A DNA stretch of 64,000 bases from Octopus sinensis (Eukaryota). The position numbers and the translations under genes are program-made. The notes beneath the pieces were generated by a model, which had not been told where the DNA came from, did no database searches, and worked only from the letters and a program-made list of their open reading frames with translations. The stretch's first letter is position 1. Each line of letters begins with the position of its first letter. The stretch spans positions 30,950,464-31,014,463 of the forward strand of contig NC_043011.1 in NCBI RefSeq assembly GCF_006345805.1. The letters run 5' to 3'. This document shows positions 48,817-62,118 of this stretch, piece after piece.

Positions 48817-49237
48817 GTATATGAATAAATAAATAATAAATAAATGGAGTTGAACGAAGATGTTAATAAATTCCTTTACTTTCGACATATGTTTCGAAGA
48901 CAACATGGTTTTATTCCAAAGGAATAAACGGTGTAAGATGCAATCTTCTCATCAGGAAAGAAAGGGAGTCTCTCTCACCAACAAGACAATATAATAATTA
49001 CTATATTGTAATTATTATATTGTCTTGTTGGTGAGAGAGACTCCCTTTCTTTCCTGATGAGAAGATTGCATATTATATTGTATTGTTGGTGAGAGAGGCT
49101 CCCTTTCTTTCCTGATGAGAAGATTGCATCTTACACGTTATCCTTTGGAATAAACCAGTTGTCTTCGAACATAGTCGAAAGTAAAGGAATTTTATTAACA
49201 TCTTCGTTCAACTCCATTTATTTATTTATTCATATAT
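48817..49237. repeat. Palindrome of a hammerhead-containing unit
   Basis: Centre near 49005. The right arm has an internal ~55-bp duplication and several 1-nt deletions relative to the left arm. Confidence 0.9.
48873..48965 (-). ncRNA. Canonical type I hammerhead ribozyme
   Basis: Stem I CCTTTCTTTC/GAAAG(T)AAAGG, CTGATGA, stem II GAAGAT/GTCTTC, GAAA, stem III C-ATAT-G, GUC triplet; predicted cut between 48884 and 48883. Confidence 0.88.
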
Positions 49238-49808
49238 AACACACAAATAATTTCAGCACATGAACCCGGAGTTTCTACCTTTGGATAGGTCGCTTCAACC
49301 GTGTTTCTGGCGTGAATTTGCTACCCTGGTATCGGTTCATCGAATTTTCCATGTGACGGTAAATATAGGATAATTCATTCACCCACCCATCGAAATATAT
49401 ATACACACACACACACACATATATATATTATATATTATATATATATATATATCTATATATATATATATATAATATATATATATATATATTACGAGATGCA
49501 CTTGCATAGCATGTGACCTGATCTGAGATCGTGTGCTGGAACGAAAATAATTGCAGCGTGGAAGGTGTTTAGAAGCCATTTAAGAAGCCACACAAAAACA
49601 TTTCAAATCTAAATCGCAGTCTCAAAGCGACGAAAATATTTTGGCAAATTCAATTTAAATGTTGAAGTGAATCTAACGGTTTTTGTGTGTTTCTTAAATG
49701 GCTTATAAACACCTTCTACGCTGCAATTGTTACATATATATATATACATACATACATACATACATACATACATACATACATACATACATACATACATACA
49801 TACATACA

Positions 49809-49842
<34 letters not shown>

Positions 49843-50214
49843 CATACATATATAAGACACGTTATATAAATAATGGTCATTGCATATTATTCCTCTATTG
49901 GAGTAATTTTAGTCTTACGGCTGTTTCCAGTAGTCATTATAGGTACATTACTGATAGGTTTACTCAATTGGTCCATATATATATATGTATATATATATAT
50001 ATACATATATACAGGAGTGGCTGTGTGGCAAGTAGCTTGCTCACCAACCACATGGTTCCGGGTCTTTGGTGTAGCAATTGCATGCGGCTGAAGAGGGCTT
50101 TTGAACTATCTGTTATGTCGATTATGCATTGATGTAAGAATAAGTTGTTCTATAAAGCTCGAAACATATGTACCGCGACATCCTTGTGTCCTGTTTTTCA
50201 TTTTATTTCATTTG

Positions 50215-50254
<40 letters not shown>

Positions 50255-50296
50255 CTGTATGTATATGTCTATATATCTGTGTATGTATACCTGTGT

Positions 50297-50327
<31 letters not shown>

Positions 50328-50336
50328 TGGGGGGGG

Positions 50337-50384
<48 letters not shown>

Positions 50385-50411
50385 TATATATATATATATA
50401 TATTATATATA

Positions 50412-50480
50412 CTAGCAGAGATACCCAGCGTTGCCCGGTTACATTCAATTGAAGAATTAGACTTTTCTGTTATATTTTCT
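50412..50480 (-). mobile_element. Helitron 3' end of the same family as 33895-35743
   Basis: Nearly identical reverse complement of 35680-35743, with hairpin and CTAG. A related end lies at about 14255-14290 (-). Confidence 0.8.
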
Positions 50481-50923
50481 GAATGAACTGGAATATCTGT
50501 TTCGAATTTAATCAAAATTGCATATGAGGGTTATTTCCCTCTTCACACACCCCAAAAAAAAAAGTAATCGTGCCACATGGAAACCAAAAGACGAATGATC
50601 ACAATAAGCAGTCAGGTACCCTACCCAAGTCGTTACCACTCCCAGGATTCCTCACCATCCAGGTGACAGGCACAGCCGTAAGATGCATTACGAATCTATA
50701 GCAATTGGAAGGGCGTGACCCAACTGAAATCAACATTAACAACTGTGTGACGTGAGGGCTTAGGAGAAATTAAAGTGTCACCTCTGGAGTTTGCAAATGA
50801 CCAAAAGATTACCAATTTCAACGGATTTTGCCCAAATTTGACGTCGATGTTACACATAATAAGTACAATTTCGCAAAAGCTGTAATGAAAAACTTAGTGC
50901 CGAAATTTCATTTATAGAAACAA

Positions 50924-51269
50924 CTAGCAGTATCGCCCGGCGTTGCTCGGGTTTGTAAGGGAAATAACTATATAAGCATTTTTAGAAAGTTATAGCCAAA
51001 AGATAGCAAAAAATGCATTAAAAATGGAAAAAAAATTATGGTAAATTTTTTTTTAAATCGTTGACTCATCGTAGACATTTTTAGAGAGTTACTTCCCTTA
51101 TATAATAGCGAAAAATGCATTAAAATGGAAAAAAATGATGGTAAATTATTTTTAAAATCGTAGACTCATCGTAGACGTGCGCTAATACCCAGAAGGGCTC
51201 GATATGCATCACGACTATAAGACACCCGGTTTTGGTTAAACTGCACAACTTCACTTTTATATATAAAGA
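50924..51269 (-). mobile_element. Complete non-autonomous Helitron
   Basis: 5' TC (TCTTTATATATAAAAG), subterminal hairpin CCCGAGCAACGCCGGG, 3' CTAG, inserted between A and T with no TSD. Confidence 0.85.
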
Positions 51270-52139
51270 TATGATAAATGTAAGTCACAACAGAAACGTT
51301 CTCCTCAAGACTCCAACAGAAATTTTCAACGAATTTTCCTAAGACCATACTTGGTTTCAAAATATTTTCTAGCCTAACAAAAAAAAAGCATAAGGTTCTA
51401 AAATTACTTGTATTGGTTATTTGAGATATAATTGAAGATTTCATATAAATGTGATAATAATTATGACAGCACAACTAAAATACGTCACTATTGAAACCAC
51501 GTTGCAAACTTCAAGCAAAGATTTTAAAATTTTAGGATTCTTCGCAGAAGTCAGCAAGAAATAATTGTTCACAGAAATTCATATCCAAACTTGTTTATCA
51601 CCAAATAATTATGAGTAAATAAATTACAATTATATTAATATATAATTGTGATTATGATATAACTATAATCGTATTTCCAATATAATTGTAATCATCATAA
51701 CCAGTGGAGCTAAAATGTGATGAGATGTAGCACCCCTTCTCCAGAAGAAGCTGTTTTCCTTCTCAAAGTAAGTGTAATCTTCTAGTGTCTTGATATGCAC
51801 AGCATTGTTTGTTGTTTAGATCTGTATTAAGGTAACTCTGTCCAAACGTTATGAGATTTCAAAAACAACAACTAGGTCCTGTGCGTTTAGGGCAATTTAC
51901 TTCCAATTTATATAAAGTTGTTTGTATGTTATATGAAGTAGAAATATGAATGTAAACATCGTACATTATGTGTAAACCTCGAGTATACACATCCTGTACA
52001 AAATACGAGAGTACACAATCGACCAAAAGATTTTTATTAACGAGAGTTATCATGCATCAACTATTTGAAATATTCTTACTATCTTCCTACTATGTAGCTT
52101 TTCCACTGATTCAAAGACAATTTCGGTGAGAATATTTAC

Positions 52140-52585
52140 TTACTTACTTACTTCCCTGGGCATGGACACATTGAAACTCCGACGTCTGGCAGCTGACTTG
52201 GCAGACACCCATAAAATTATCAACCATCGCACAAACAATAACACTGAGCACCTCTTCAAACTCCACCCATCTAACACCCGTGGACATATTTACAAAGTAA
52301 GAAAACAGCACAGCTCCCATGACTTCAGGAAACATTTTTTCACGCTGAGAGTTGCTGAAGCGTGGAACAAACTGCCGGCATCGGTTGTTAGTTGTCGGAG
52401 CACTGCATCCTTCAAAACTTCCATGCTTCCTGAGATTCGCCAACACTACACTTGATTTTCTCCCCTCCATACACACACAAGCATGTTCACTTTCCAGACA
52501 TTTCTACATTACTGCATGTACTCTATATGCACTTTCTGACAAGTTGTGGTGCACCTGAGCACTGTATACAATAATTTCATTATAT
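52140..52585 (+). mobile_element. CR1-type LINE 3' end, 5'-truncated
   Basis: LKLRRLAADL...TRGH..K...RKHFFTLRVAEAWNKLP plus 3' UTR; highly similar to 62925-63325. Confidence 0.85.
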
Positions 52586-52729
52586 ATATAATGTAGGTTT
52601 TTGTTTGTTTGTTTGTTTGTTTTTGTTTTTTTTTTCTTTGTTAGTACCGAATAGTTAATAATTTCTCGGTTCATTAGCCATAAGGCATGATGAATGGAAA
52701 CTTTCACTTGCCTACAAATAATTTATCTT

Positions 52730-52939
52730 TATCTTTTATTCTCTTACTTGTTTCAGTCATCTGACTGCGGCCATGCTGGGACACCGCCTTGAAGGGTTTT
52801 AGTCGAACATATCGACCCTAGGACTTTTCTTTCTTTAAGCCTAGTACTTATTCTATCGGTCTCTTTTGCCAAACTGCTAAGTTACGAGGACATAAACACA
52901 CCAACACCGGTTGTCAAGCGATGGTGGGACACAAATACA

Positions 52940-52972
<33 letters not shown>

Positions 52973-53110
52973 GGGGGGCTTCTTTTAGTTTCCGTCTACC
53001 AAATTGACTCACAAAGCTTTGGTTGACCTGAGACTATAGTAGAAGACACTTTTGTAAGGTGACATGCGGTGGGACTGAACCCGGAACCCCGACGCAGTTG
53101 GTGAGCGTTT
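52730..53110 (-). mobile_element. Family A SINE
   Basis: Homologous to 9131-9570. Confidence 0.88.
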
Positions 53111-53187
53111 TGTGGCCGAAACATAAGTGAGCAAAAGGCTAAGTTGAGATGAAGCTTTCTTGCATGTGTATACGAGTGTATGTGTGA

Positions 53188-53229
<42 letters not shown>

Positions 53230-53320
53230 GTGCGCGCGTGTGTGCGCGCGTGCGTGTTGTTGCATGCTGATTGTGCTTAAGTGGATGAGGTGCGATAATG
53301 CTTTTTTGACGTGTTCGATG

Positions 53321-53371
<51 letters not shown>

Positions 53372-54284
53372 ATAGGCGTGAAGTGAAAGCAATAAACAAT
53401 TTTATATATTTTTGTTGCTGCAAGAATACTGCTTACAAGACCGTCAAGATGAAACAGTGATGGTAACGATGATACAAAAAATTAGGTAGCAAAACCTTTG
53501 GTTATTGAACAAAGAGTCTTGTTATTGCTAGAGATATAGGGGTGTATAACACCGTGTCATTGAAGAAGGCAACATTTGCTTTCATAACGGTCGCTTCTAT
53601 TAAGGAAGTGTTTATTGAGTGGGACGACGACCAGTTGGACTACATTGACTATATCAGCTCGAGAAATGTGTGTATAGCATTTTACTTTTACAAGATATCC
53701 GCCTTTGGTCATCTCGAGGCATTTCATAAAGCATGTGTAAGTATGTAATTATTTGTGTGTGTGTGTGTGTGTGTGTGTCTGTGTGTGTGTCTGTGTGTGT
53801 GTGTGTGTGCGTGCGTGCGTGTGTGTGCGTGTGTGTGTGATTGTATATATCTATGTACACACTTGACACCTCAAACGTAGACCTTCAGTTTAACTCACAG
53901 TACATGGATGAACAAGAAACTAACGTAGAAAGCATATTGTACGAAGAGGGATCGAACCAGGAACATTATGAGGCAGACTTTCCTACAGGATAACCATGCC
54001 TGCTCCAAGTAAAATAATAATCACTCAATACAAAATCAAACATTCATTGTCCACTTAAGAATATTTATCAGCTACTTTAAGTTCATTGTCATAATATCGC
54101 TTACATACATATACATTTAGTTTGAATACTATCTGTTCTCAATGTTTGAATGATGCCTGATACTTAACAAGGCGTCAGTGAATCTGTAGTGGATGTGTGT
54201 ATGTATTAATAAATACATAAGTTGTTTTATGATAAAATAGAGATTTATTTACATTATATCAATTTGTAAGCAATGCGTAGCATT

Positions 54285-54392
54285 GCTTGTACAGAATACA
54301 TATTAAAGAATGCTTGTACAGAATACATATTAAAGGATGCTTATACAGAATACATATTAAAGAATGCTTGTACAGAATACATATTAAAGAAG
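54285..54392. repeat. 27-bp minisatellite, four copies
   Basis: GCTTGTACAGAATACATATTAAAGAAT units. Confidence 0.92.
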
Positions 54393-54400
54393 AATATGTT

Positions 54401-54436
<36 letters not shown>

Positions 54437-54832
54437 TAAATCATGCAGGACAGTAACCTTTAGGCGGATTCGAAATCAAAGCTTAGAGAAGGAAGTGCTA
54501 ACTCTTACAAATCTGTACACCTATTTGGGTTATACTATGCAAGTAAGAAAGCATATGCTTTTTTTTTTTTACTTGTTAGTTGATATATGATATTTAATAT
54601 ATAACCACATTGCATATATATATACATCGATATCCATTCAGAAAACTTCTGAATAATTCCTCTTTTTCTTCGATAAATACATTCCTTATTTTATAAATCC
54701 ACGTTGATTTAATCTTTCGGGGAACACTTAATATTTCAATGTTGTTTTTGTTTTTGTTTTGTTTTGTTTTTGTGTTGTTGTTGTTGTTTTTTGTTGTTTT
54801 TTATTTAGCTAAAATATTTATTTATGTAAGTT

Positions 54833-54851
54833 GTGTTCTCTATCTTTTCAG
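54833..54851 (+). promoter_or_regulatory. Putative 3' splice acceptor of a 5' UTR intron of GPCR3
   Basis: TTCTCTATCTTTTCAG, 87 nt upstream of the ATG; resembles the GPCR1 acceptor. Confidence 0.6.
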
Positions 54852-54938
54852 AAAGCACAAGAAACATCATTGCAAACCAAAAGAGTATTTTCAAGATTTT
54901 CATTAGATATTTCAGAGAATTCGGAGAAAAAGAAGAAA

Positions 54939-55982
54939 ATGGGTAAAAACAATAGCGTTGACGATTGTACCAATATCTTGGAAGAACTAAATGCTGAAAT
55001 GGTGGATATTTATTTTCCAGTAATAATATTTCTCGGAATTACTATGACATTTGGAGGAATTGGAAATTGTATTGTAGCTTATGTATACTATCATAGATTT
55101 GAGATTACTTCCACTCAAGTATTCGTTGTAGCACTCGCAGTGAACGATCTTCTAACTTGCATAATATGCATACCTATAGAACTGGTGATTCTTCATTTTT
55201 CTTACACTTTTCACAGTGATATTGCATGTCGCTTAATGCGCTATACTGTGTCTGCAGCAATAGTCAATTCAGCTTTCATTACATGCATTATATCAGTCGA
55301 TAGGTATATACGTGTATGCCGATCCCTTGAATATCAAATTTCTGTTGAGAAATCAAAGAAAATTGTAGCACTCATAATAATCACGTCAGCTATTGCTACT
55401 TCACTAATACCATTTGTATTCTTCAAAAATAAAAGAATGGCCAAACATTGTGGAAATATTGGAGAAGTATGCTCACTGTCTGAAAGTTCAGATTTTGTTT
55501 TCGGCTATTATATTTTCCTAACGAGCGGTGCCTGCAGTGTATTTCTTACCCTCGTGATTATATATTTATTGATTGGAATACGTATTTGGAAAATTTACAA
55601 AGCAAAGAAAAATATAGTTTATAAACTTTGTATCAGTTCAGTGATCTCTAAAGGTCTTTATACAAATACATTTCTTCAAACTTCTCCTACAAAAAAGAAA
55701 AGAAAACCAATGCACCCGGTTCGGACAAATTTAGTTCTGTTCACTATCAGCTTGATTTGGATCATCAGTTATGTTCCACATTTTGCGGCAATATTCTTTA
55801 GGCTCTTCATTAAAGCTTTTAATGAAAATGCAAGTCATACAGAAAAAGTCCTTTACAAAGGTTTACTGTGTTCTTTTTACCTCAGCTGTGCTCTTAACCC
55901 ATGTATTTACGGACTTTTCAGCCAAAAGTTTCGTTTTCAATTAAATAATGCATTTCGCAAAGTTATCCATTCGGACCATTAA
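54939..55982 (+). CDS. Class A GPCR, paralog 3, intronless CDS
   Basis: GGIGN, LAVND, C...VDRY, IWIISYVPH and SCALNPCIY motifs; NNS sequon. ATG at 54939 follows the same AAAAAGAAGAAA context as paralog 1. Confidence 0.93.
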   Translation: MGKNNSVDDCTNILEELNAEMVDIYFPVIIFLGITMTFGGIGNCIVAYVYYHRFEITSTQVFVVALAVNDLLTCIICIPIELVILHFSYTFHSDIACRLMRYTVSAAIVNSAFITCIISVDRYIRVCRSLEYQISVEKSKKIVALIIITSAIATSLIPFVFFKNKRMAKHCGNIGEVCSLSESSDFVFGYYIFLTSGACSVFLTLVIIYLLIGIRIWKIYKAKKNIVYKLCISSVISKGLYTNTFLQTSPTKKKRKPMHPVRTNLVLFTISLIWIISYVPHFAAIFFRLFIKAFNENASHTEKVLYKGLLCSFYLSCALNPCIYGLFSQKFRFQLNNAFRKVIHSDH

Positions 55983-57546
55983 TAAAATACAGAATTTCTT
56001 CAAAAGTTATCGATTTATAATCTTTAACGGGTGGAACACATTTCCTTAAAGGAAGGCTACAAGTTCTTCCTAGTATGAAATATATTTAAACAAGTAGTTT
56101 TTCACTTAAATGACTGGTATGCATATTTCCTTCAAATCAAAGTTTCCGGTGAAAAGCTAAAAGAAAAACAAAGTGTTCAGAATATGTAACTGTAGGTTAT
56201 CTTATCAAATTACATTTGACAGTCACGAAATATTTTCAGTGTACAACGAAGCAAAGACTATACTTTGTTAATTCCGAGATAACAGCTACAACAACGATGA
56301 AACGAGACGAGCACGAAGAGGAGGGGAGGAGCGAGAGAGATCATAAACTCAGTTGACCAGTCTCTAATAAATAGCAACCAAATCTATTTCAAAGCACACA
56401 CCATCTTTAAAATGTACATTGCATAATGAGCTTCTTGATTTGTTTTGTGGCTTAGTCAGATGAGTAACGACGGCATGCATGACGTTTGTAGTGTCTCTGG
56501 GATCGGTTGGAGTAAGGGAAAAACCTATGGCTTCCATCTGACTGCAATGGGAAACAGGGCGTCAAGATACCGACTTATCTTAACCCAAGAGACTTAGTTC
56601 AGATGCTTGCTTGCCATGGGGTAGAAACTCTGGTAGAGGAATTTGATTTCCTAGAAGCGATGCTAAGTGGAGTGACAGTTTAAGACCTATTTGATTGACT
56701 GCAGTACGACCCATAACAAAATAATGCTGATGTGATGTGATGATCGGCAGAACGTTGTAATGGGAACGAATATACGAATGACAATTATTATTATTAGAGT
56801 TGTGAATGTTTTTACAGAATGTTCTTTCATTGGTTTTGTCTTCGTCCATACTGGAACATTAGAATTTAGGATTATGTCGCGAATGTTCAGAAAGAAATGT
56901 GTGGTGGGAAAACAGGACTTTGTAGCACACCAGAGACAAAAGAATGTCAAAGAGAGCCCAGTTAGCCATGAGTCAATTTTATGGTCTGACAAAGTTTCCA
57001 ACGTAAATGAGAAGCTCAACCCAAATTATCTGATGTGGTCCAAAGTCAAGCAAAGTAGCAAGAAAGTTCTTGTGCCATATACTCTTAAATGATCTGCGGC
57101 TTTCAAGCGCTACAACAATACTTCTACGAAACTTCTGCTATAGAAACCTCCATTGTGGTGTAACGTAAAAAGAAGTGCCCATTATAATAGTATCTACTGA
57201 AGATAGGATGGACTCGAGTTGCTAGAGAAGATGGAAAAGCAACTATAACATTTCTAAAGGAATGTGTAGAACCACCGTGCGAAGGAGTGGTAATGAGATT
57301 GGTTCCTTTAGTACATTCCATGATCGATACAATAAATGCGAAAAGGGATAAATGAGTATAAGTACCAGTGGGGAAAAGAGAGACACAACCGGTAGAAGGT
57401 TTAGAGAAGATTTTATTGATAGGTTAATATGTGTCTGTATGTGCGTCATATATGCATAATAATAGATAGGCCGTCATGTATACAAAGTGTATGTGTACAA
57501 ACAAGGGTGTATGCGTGTGCGATGAGTATAGAGCATTGAAAGAGTC

Positions 57547-58215
57547 TATAATAGGACGCTAGAAGAATGTTCAAACACAAGGATGATAAATACCAGTTCG
57601 TAGTAAAGGTACACGATAGTTGAAGTGCTGTAACAAGAAGTTGTGGCGAAGAAGCAGAGTCGGTTGAGGCACATGTCGTGTAAGAAGTTGTGGCTACTAT
57701 GCCGCTGCTGGTCACTTGATGCAGGAAGTTCTCGCAGGTTGTGCTTGCTGTTAACCATAGTGAAGTAACTCACAAACTGTGAGGAGATTGACCTGTGCGA
57801 GTGTTGCTGGTTGCTGTGTACGTAGAGAGATATAGTTGACGACGTTCAGAAGATGATGGCGACAGAGATGGAGGTCGTGAGTGCTGCTGCACGAAGTTGA
57901 GTCTCCATGTGGGCTGCTGTTGTGGTTGTTGCTGGAACAGTAGTTAGACCTTAGAAGGTCTGGAACCGAAAGACGAAAGATGGTGTTGAAGCTAGCATTT
58001 TATACTGTACTATCGGCTCACCGGATGTTTGGAAGAGACTGTCTCTCGTGACATCAGAAGGCTGCTATTGAATTGGTTGCATATTGGCGCGCAATAGAGC
58101 AAGAAACAAAAGTGCACCAATACCAACCAATTAGAGTAGTGGACACAACAGGATCCAAAGGGGTGGCCGAAGGCTAGCTGTTATCTACTACGTCCGTATT
58201 CATGTATATATAACA
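57547..58215 (-). mobile_element. Candidate solo LTR
   Basis: Minus strand starts TGTTATATATAC; TATAAAA at 57998-58004; GC-richer non-coding block. The far terminus is not a clean CA and no clear TSD is visible. Confidence 0.4.
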
Positions 58216-58759
58216 GAGAGAGAGAGAATTTCACTAAGCGTACGCTACAAATGTTTTCCATTACCTTTGAGATGTTGGATGTAATAACCACAGGTCGACA
58301 GTTAACAGGATTATAAAAGTTAGCATTCTTATGAATTGGATACAGTATAGAATGCTTTTAAAAACCGGAATAGATTGCCTGCAGAGAAAGAAATGTCAAA
58401 TAATGGTTGAGGGCAATGAAAAAGCTATATATAGATCTTGCATATGACTGATTAGCTAAGAATAACCACCTTCGCTACTGCGGTTACAACGACAGAGTTA
58501 ATGTGTTTATAAATTTGGAACTTTGTTAAAGCGATTGCAGTGCTTCTAATAAATTATAGATGCTGTGTTGTAGAATGTTTAAGAAGTTCTCTTTTCATTC
58601 TATTACAAGGCCCAGGTTTCAATCTCACGGCATGGCAAATTATTCTGTTAATACGGCGAACAAAATGCTTAGCAACACCTCTTCCGGCTATGTTCTGAGT
58701 CTAAGTATCGCTATGGTCAACTTTACCTTTTATCCTTCCGTCGTTCGAGTGAAGGCAAT

Positions 58760-59560
58760 GCCAGCCGTTGGAGATGCTCCTCTTACGCAAGCTTAGACAA
58801 GCCCGCGCCCATTCGGGTGGCCAAGTGCTGAACCCGTTCCAGGTGCTGAATGTCTTTCTGGAGATATGGGTTTGAGGTATGGATGCAATATTCGAGGATG
58901 GGTCGAACTAGGGTGATACATACAGGCCGAAAGACGTCCATTGAAAGGTTGGCAAAGGTTCGGTGGATGAGGAAAAGATTCCTTCTGGCTTTGTTCGTCG
59001 CCTCGATACCCTGCCGCGGTGGTTTGAAAGTAGGATCGATCATTATGCCAAGATCCTTTTCTTCAGTGACCATCTTAAGATGTTGATGTTTGTGGCCAAT
59101 AGCCAAGGGAGAGTTTGGAGGTGAACCTATTGGCAAATGACTGCATTTCGAGACGTTCAAGGGCAGATTCCATTCTTCCGCCCAATTCCAAGATCAGTTC
59201 AGCGACGACTGGAGTATGTCGTATTGATTCCTAGGCGAAACAAGTTTGACGTCGTCTGCAAATAGGAGAACTTTTCAATCAAGAAAATCTGGCAGGTCGT
59301 TGATATAGAGAAGGAAAGGTATTGGCCCCAGCACCGACCCCTGGGGAACGACGCTGCGTGCATTCGTCTCCGCGGAGAGATCTCCATTTATTTGCATCCG
59401 AAAGGTTCGATAGCTCAGGAAGGAAGAAATCCACAAAGTCACCACTGGATGAATCTTGAATGCTCGAAGTTTGCGCAAGAGAAGTCAGTGATTAACGGAG
59501 TCAAACGTCTTTGCGGAGTCAAAAGTCTAAAAGTACCACGCCCATCAAGTCTTTTTCATC
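58760..59560 (-). pseudogene. CR1/L2-group RT fragment
   Basis: VVPQGSVLGPIPFLLYINDL, ADDVKL, EKDLGIMID and VRPILEYC...DIQHLERVQ. Confidence 0.88.
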
Positions 59561-60312
59561 TATGGTCCTTGTAATCCATTCTTCAAGGAGAAAATTTGTT
59601 AGGCAAGATCTTCGGGGTAGAAATCCATGCTGCGAGTCGGATATATCTTTATACCATATACAGATAATTGTATAATGCTTTGGTTGGAAATAGCTGTGGG
59701 AATAACCTGGACATTGTGAATAAAGACAAAGTCGAGTATGTTATTTTCCCCTAACTGGACGGGTAATAATTTGTTGTATGGGAAAGTCTTTTGTTGTATC
59801 GAGGAAAGGGTTCATATCTCTCCACTTCAGTTGCTTAGTTCCAGGCTGGATATAATCATCGAATCAGCTAAGATTAGTAAAATTAAAGACCCCTGTTAAA
59901 AGCATATTAGCCCGTGTGCTGGCCTCAGCTAGGGTTAGACTTATGTGCGAAAAAAAAAAGCACCTCTGAAGTGATCTTCGTGGTTAACCGCGTCAGGATG
60001 ACGGTAGGTAATGCTTTTAATATCATTTCCTTTATATATAGATTAGTCCGAAATTGTCGAATACATTTCTTCGCAAATTAGGTAAATTCGGGGCTGGTCT
60101 GCAATCATTTATAGTTTTATGCTTCCTTTCAAAACCTTTTTTTTATTATTAAACTGAACTAGTATTTCGAATGAGCAATAAATATCAAAGCATTTAACAA
60201 TGAGCATTAAATATCAAAGATAAAAATAAATCATTTTGTTCCCTTGTCAAACTTTGGACCTAATAACCTAAATGAGAAAACCGATATGACTGAAAGAATT
60301 TTAAAAGGGCTT

Positions 60313-60790
60313 TATTTTTAGGCTGTGGTCAAACAGTCGAATCCATTCCGAACCAATTCTACTATATGGCTCAGAAACCTGGACGTTATCAAAGAAGCTT
60401 GAGAGGCGGTTGAATGGAACCTACACTCGCCTCCTTATGAGAGCTCAAAATCTCTCGTGCAGGCGCCATCCAACCAAAATGCAAATATATGGGGAAACTA
60501 CCACCTGTGTCATCTCTTGTGAAAGGTAGGAGAGTCCAGTTTGCTGGACATTGTTGTAGAGCTGAAAAAGAGGCAATTTCTACTCTTCTCCTCTGGAAGC
60601 CATCTACTCGCAATACCAGAGGGCGCACACTCTCCTACCCTGATGTAATATCCAGGGATACAGGCATCCAGCAACAGGACCTCCGTAATGCCATGATAGA
60701 CCGTGAAATCTGGCGTAGCATGGTAAATTCCATTGTCTCGACCACGGTCGAACAATGATGATGATGATGTCGTCAGTCTTTAGCGACATC
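60313..60790 (+). mobile_element. RTE-type LINE 3' end with (TGA)n tail
   Basis: ILLYGSETWT...RRVQFAGHC.R...LLLWKP...RGR...DREIWR, followed by TGATGATGATG. Confidence 0.85.
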
Positions 60791-61505
60791 AACTACAAAG
60801 AACTTGAGAGAGGTGACAGATAGAGAGAGAGGACAAGATTTCGGAGTTATTTTTTTGTCAGAATTAGAATTCAGATGCTGGTCATGTTGTTCTTGTTGTT
60901 GTTGTCATATACGTTTTTATTTTGACGCTACTTTGCTTCAGAAGTTGGTTAGTCATAAAATTCCCTTGGGAATTTTAAGCCCAGCTTCATCACTTTTATT
61001 TATTTATTTTTGTTTTTTTTTTGTTTTTTCTTTGAAACGAAATCCAGCTTCAAGCATCTTTATACAGATAATTTTTTAGACACTATTTTCTGAAACTGGT
61101 AAAATTATGTAGTGGGGGGGGTGAAACTTTTGATCTTGCACCACCTGAAAATTCCAAGGGGTGCAGGTGCACCCGCTGCAACCCCTGTTCACTGTGTGAA
61201 AGGCTATGGCAAGCGTGGAGACCTATATCTGAGCTAACAATTCACATCTAATATCCATGCTGCATAAGGATGAAACATGCACTTACCTGTTTCGCACTTT
61301 TTTTTACTTTTAAGGCTAAAAATCAAATTATTCGCTTTGTAACGTTGGTTTCTGTTTCGATCTACAAAGCAGTTAGGTGGGATTTGGAGTAATATAGTTG
61401 GTCATCCATAGACGGTATCACCGCTCTGGCTGGATCATCCCGTCCTCCCCTACATCATAGTTTGTTAGTCAACTACCTGTAATCATAATAGATATGTAAA
61501 GCTAA

Positions 61506-61736
61506 GGCGGCGAGCTGGCAGAAACGTTAGCACGCCGGGCGAAATGCGTAGCCGTATTTCGCCTGTCGTTACGTTCCGAGTTCAAATTCCGCCGAGGTAA
61601 ACTTTGCCTTTCATCCTTTCGGGGTCGATGAATTAAGTACCAGTTACGCACTGGGGTCGATGTAATCGACTTAATTCCTTTGTCTGTCCTTGTTTGTTCC
61701 CTCCGTGTTTAGCCCCTTGTGGGTAGTAAAGAAATA
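61506..61736 (+). mobile_element. Family B SINE, full-length monomer
   Basis: A box, B box GAGTTCAAATTCC, central block and GTAGTAAAGAAATA tail. Confidence 0.9.
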
Positions 61737-61913
61737 TATATGTAAAGCTGAAGTTGTCTGCGTATGGCAGGTTTGGTAGCCTTCAACTAACACTATCTCC
61801 TCCGAGACCCTGCGGCGCAAGTTGACCAAAATTGAGAGTATGATAAAAGAAGGCTTGCTCTTCATTCCGTAAAAGAAAAAATTCAAATAAGACCATGTTA
61901 AAACCAAAAATTA

Positions 61914-62118
61914 TCTACATCAAAAAGGTGCTTCTTTTCTATGAAAATCCCTATTTTTAATGATTTTTTTTACTACTGTGTCGCTATTTTTCGGTGTATT
62001 TCAACCAGAAAAATGGTCACTTAAATAACAAGCTACATAATGCAAAATTTTTACTTTTCAAAAATTCCAATTCTAAAGGGTCGAAACAAACCCGAGCAAC
62101 GCCGGGCGATACTGCTGG
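61914..62118 (+). mobile_element. Non-autonomous Helitron
   Basis: A|TC start, same hairpin CCCGAGCAACGCCGGG as 50924-51269, ends CTGG|T (CTRR). Confidence 0.65.
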
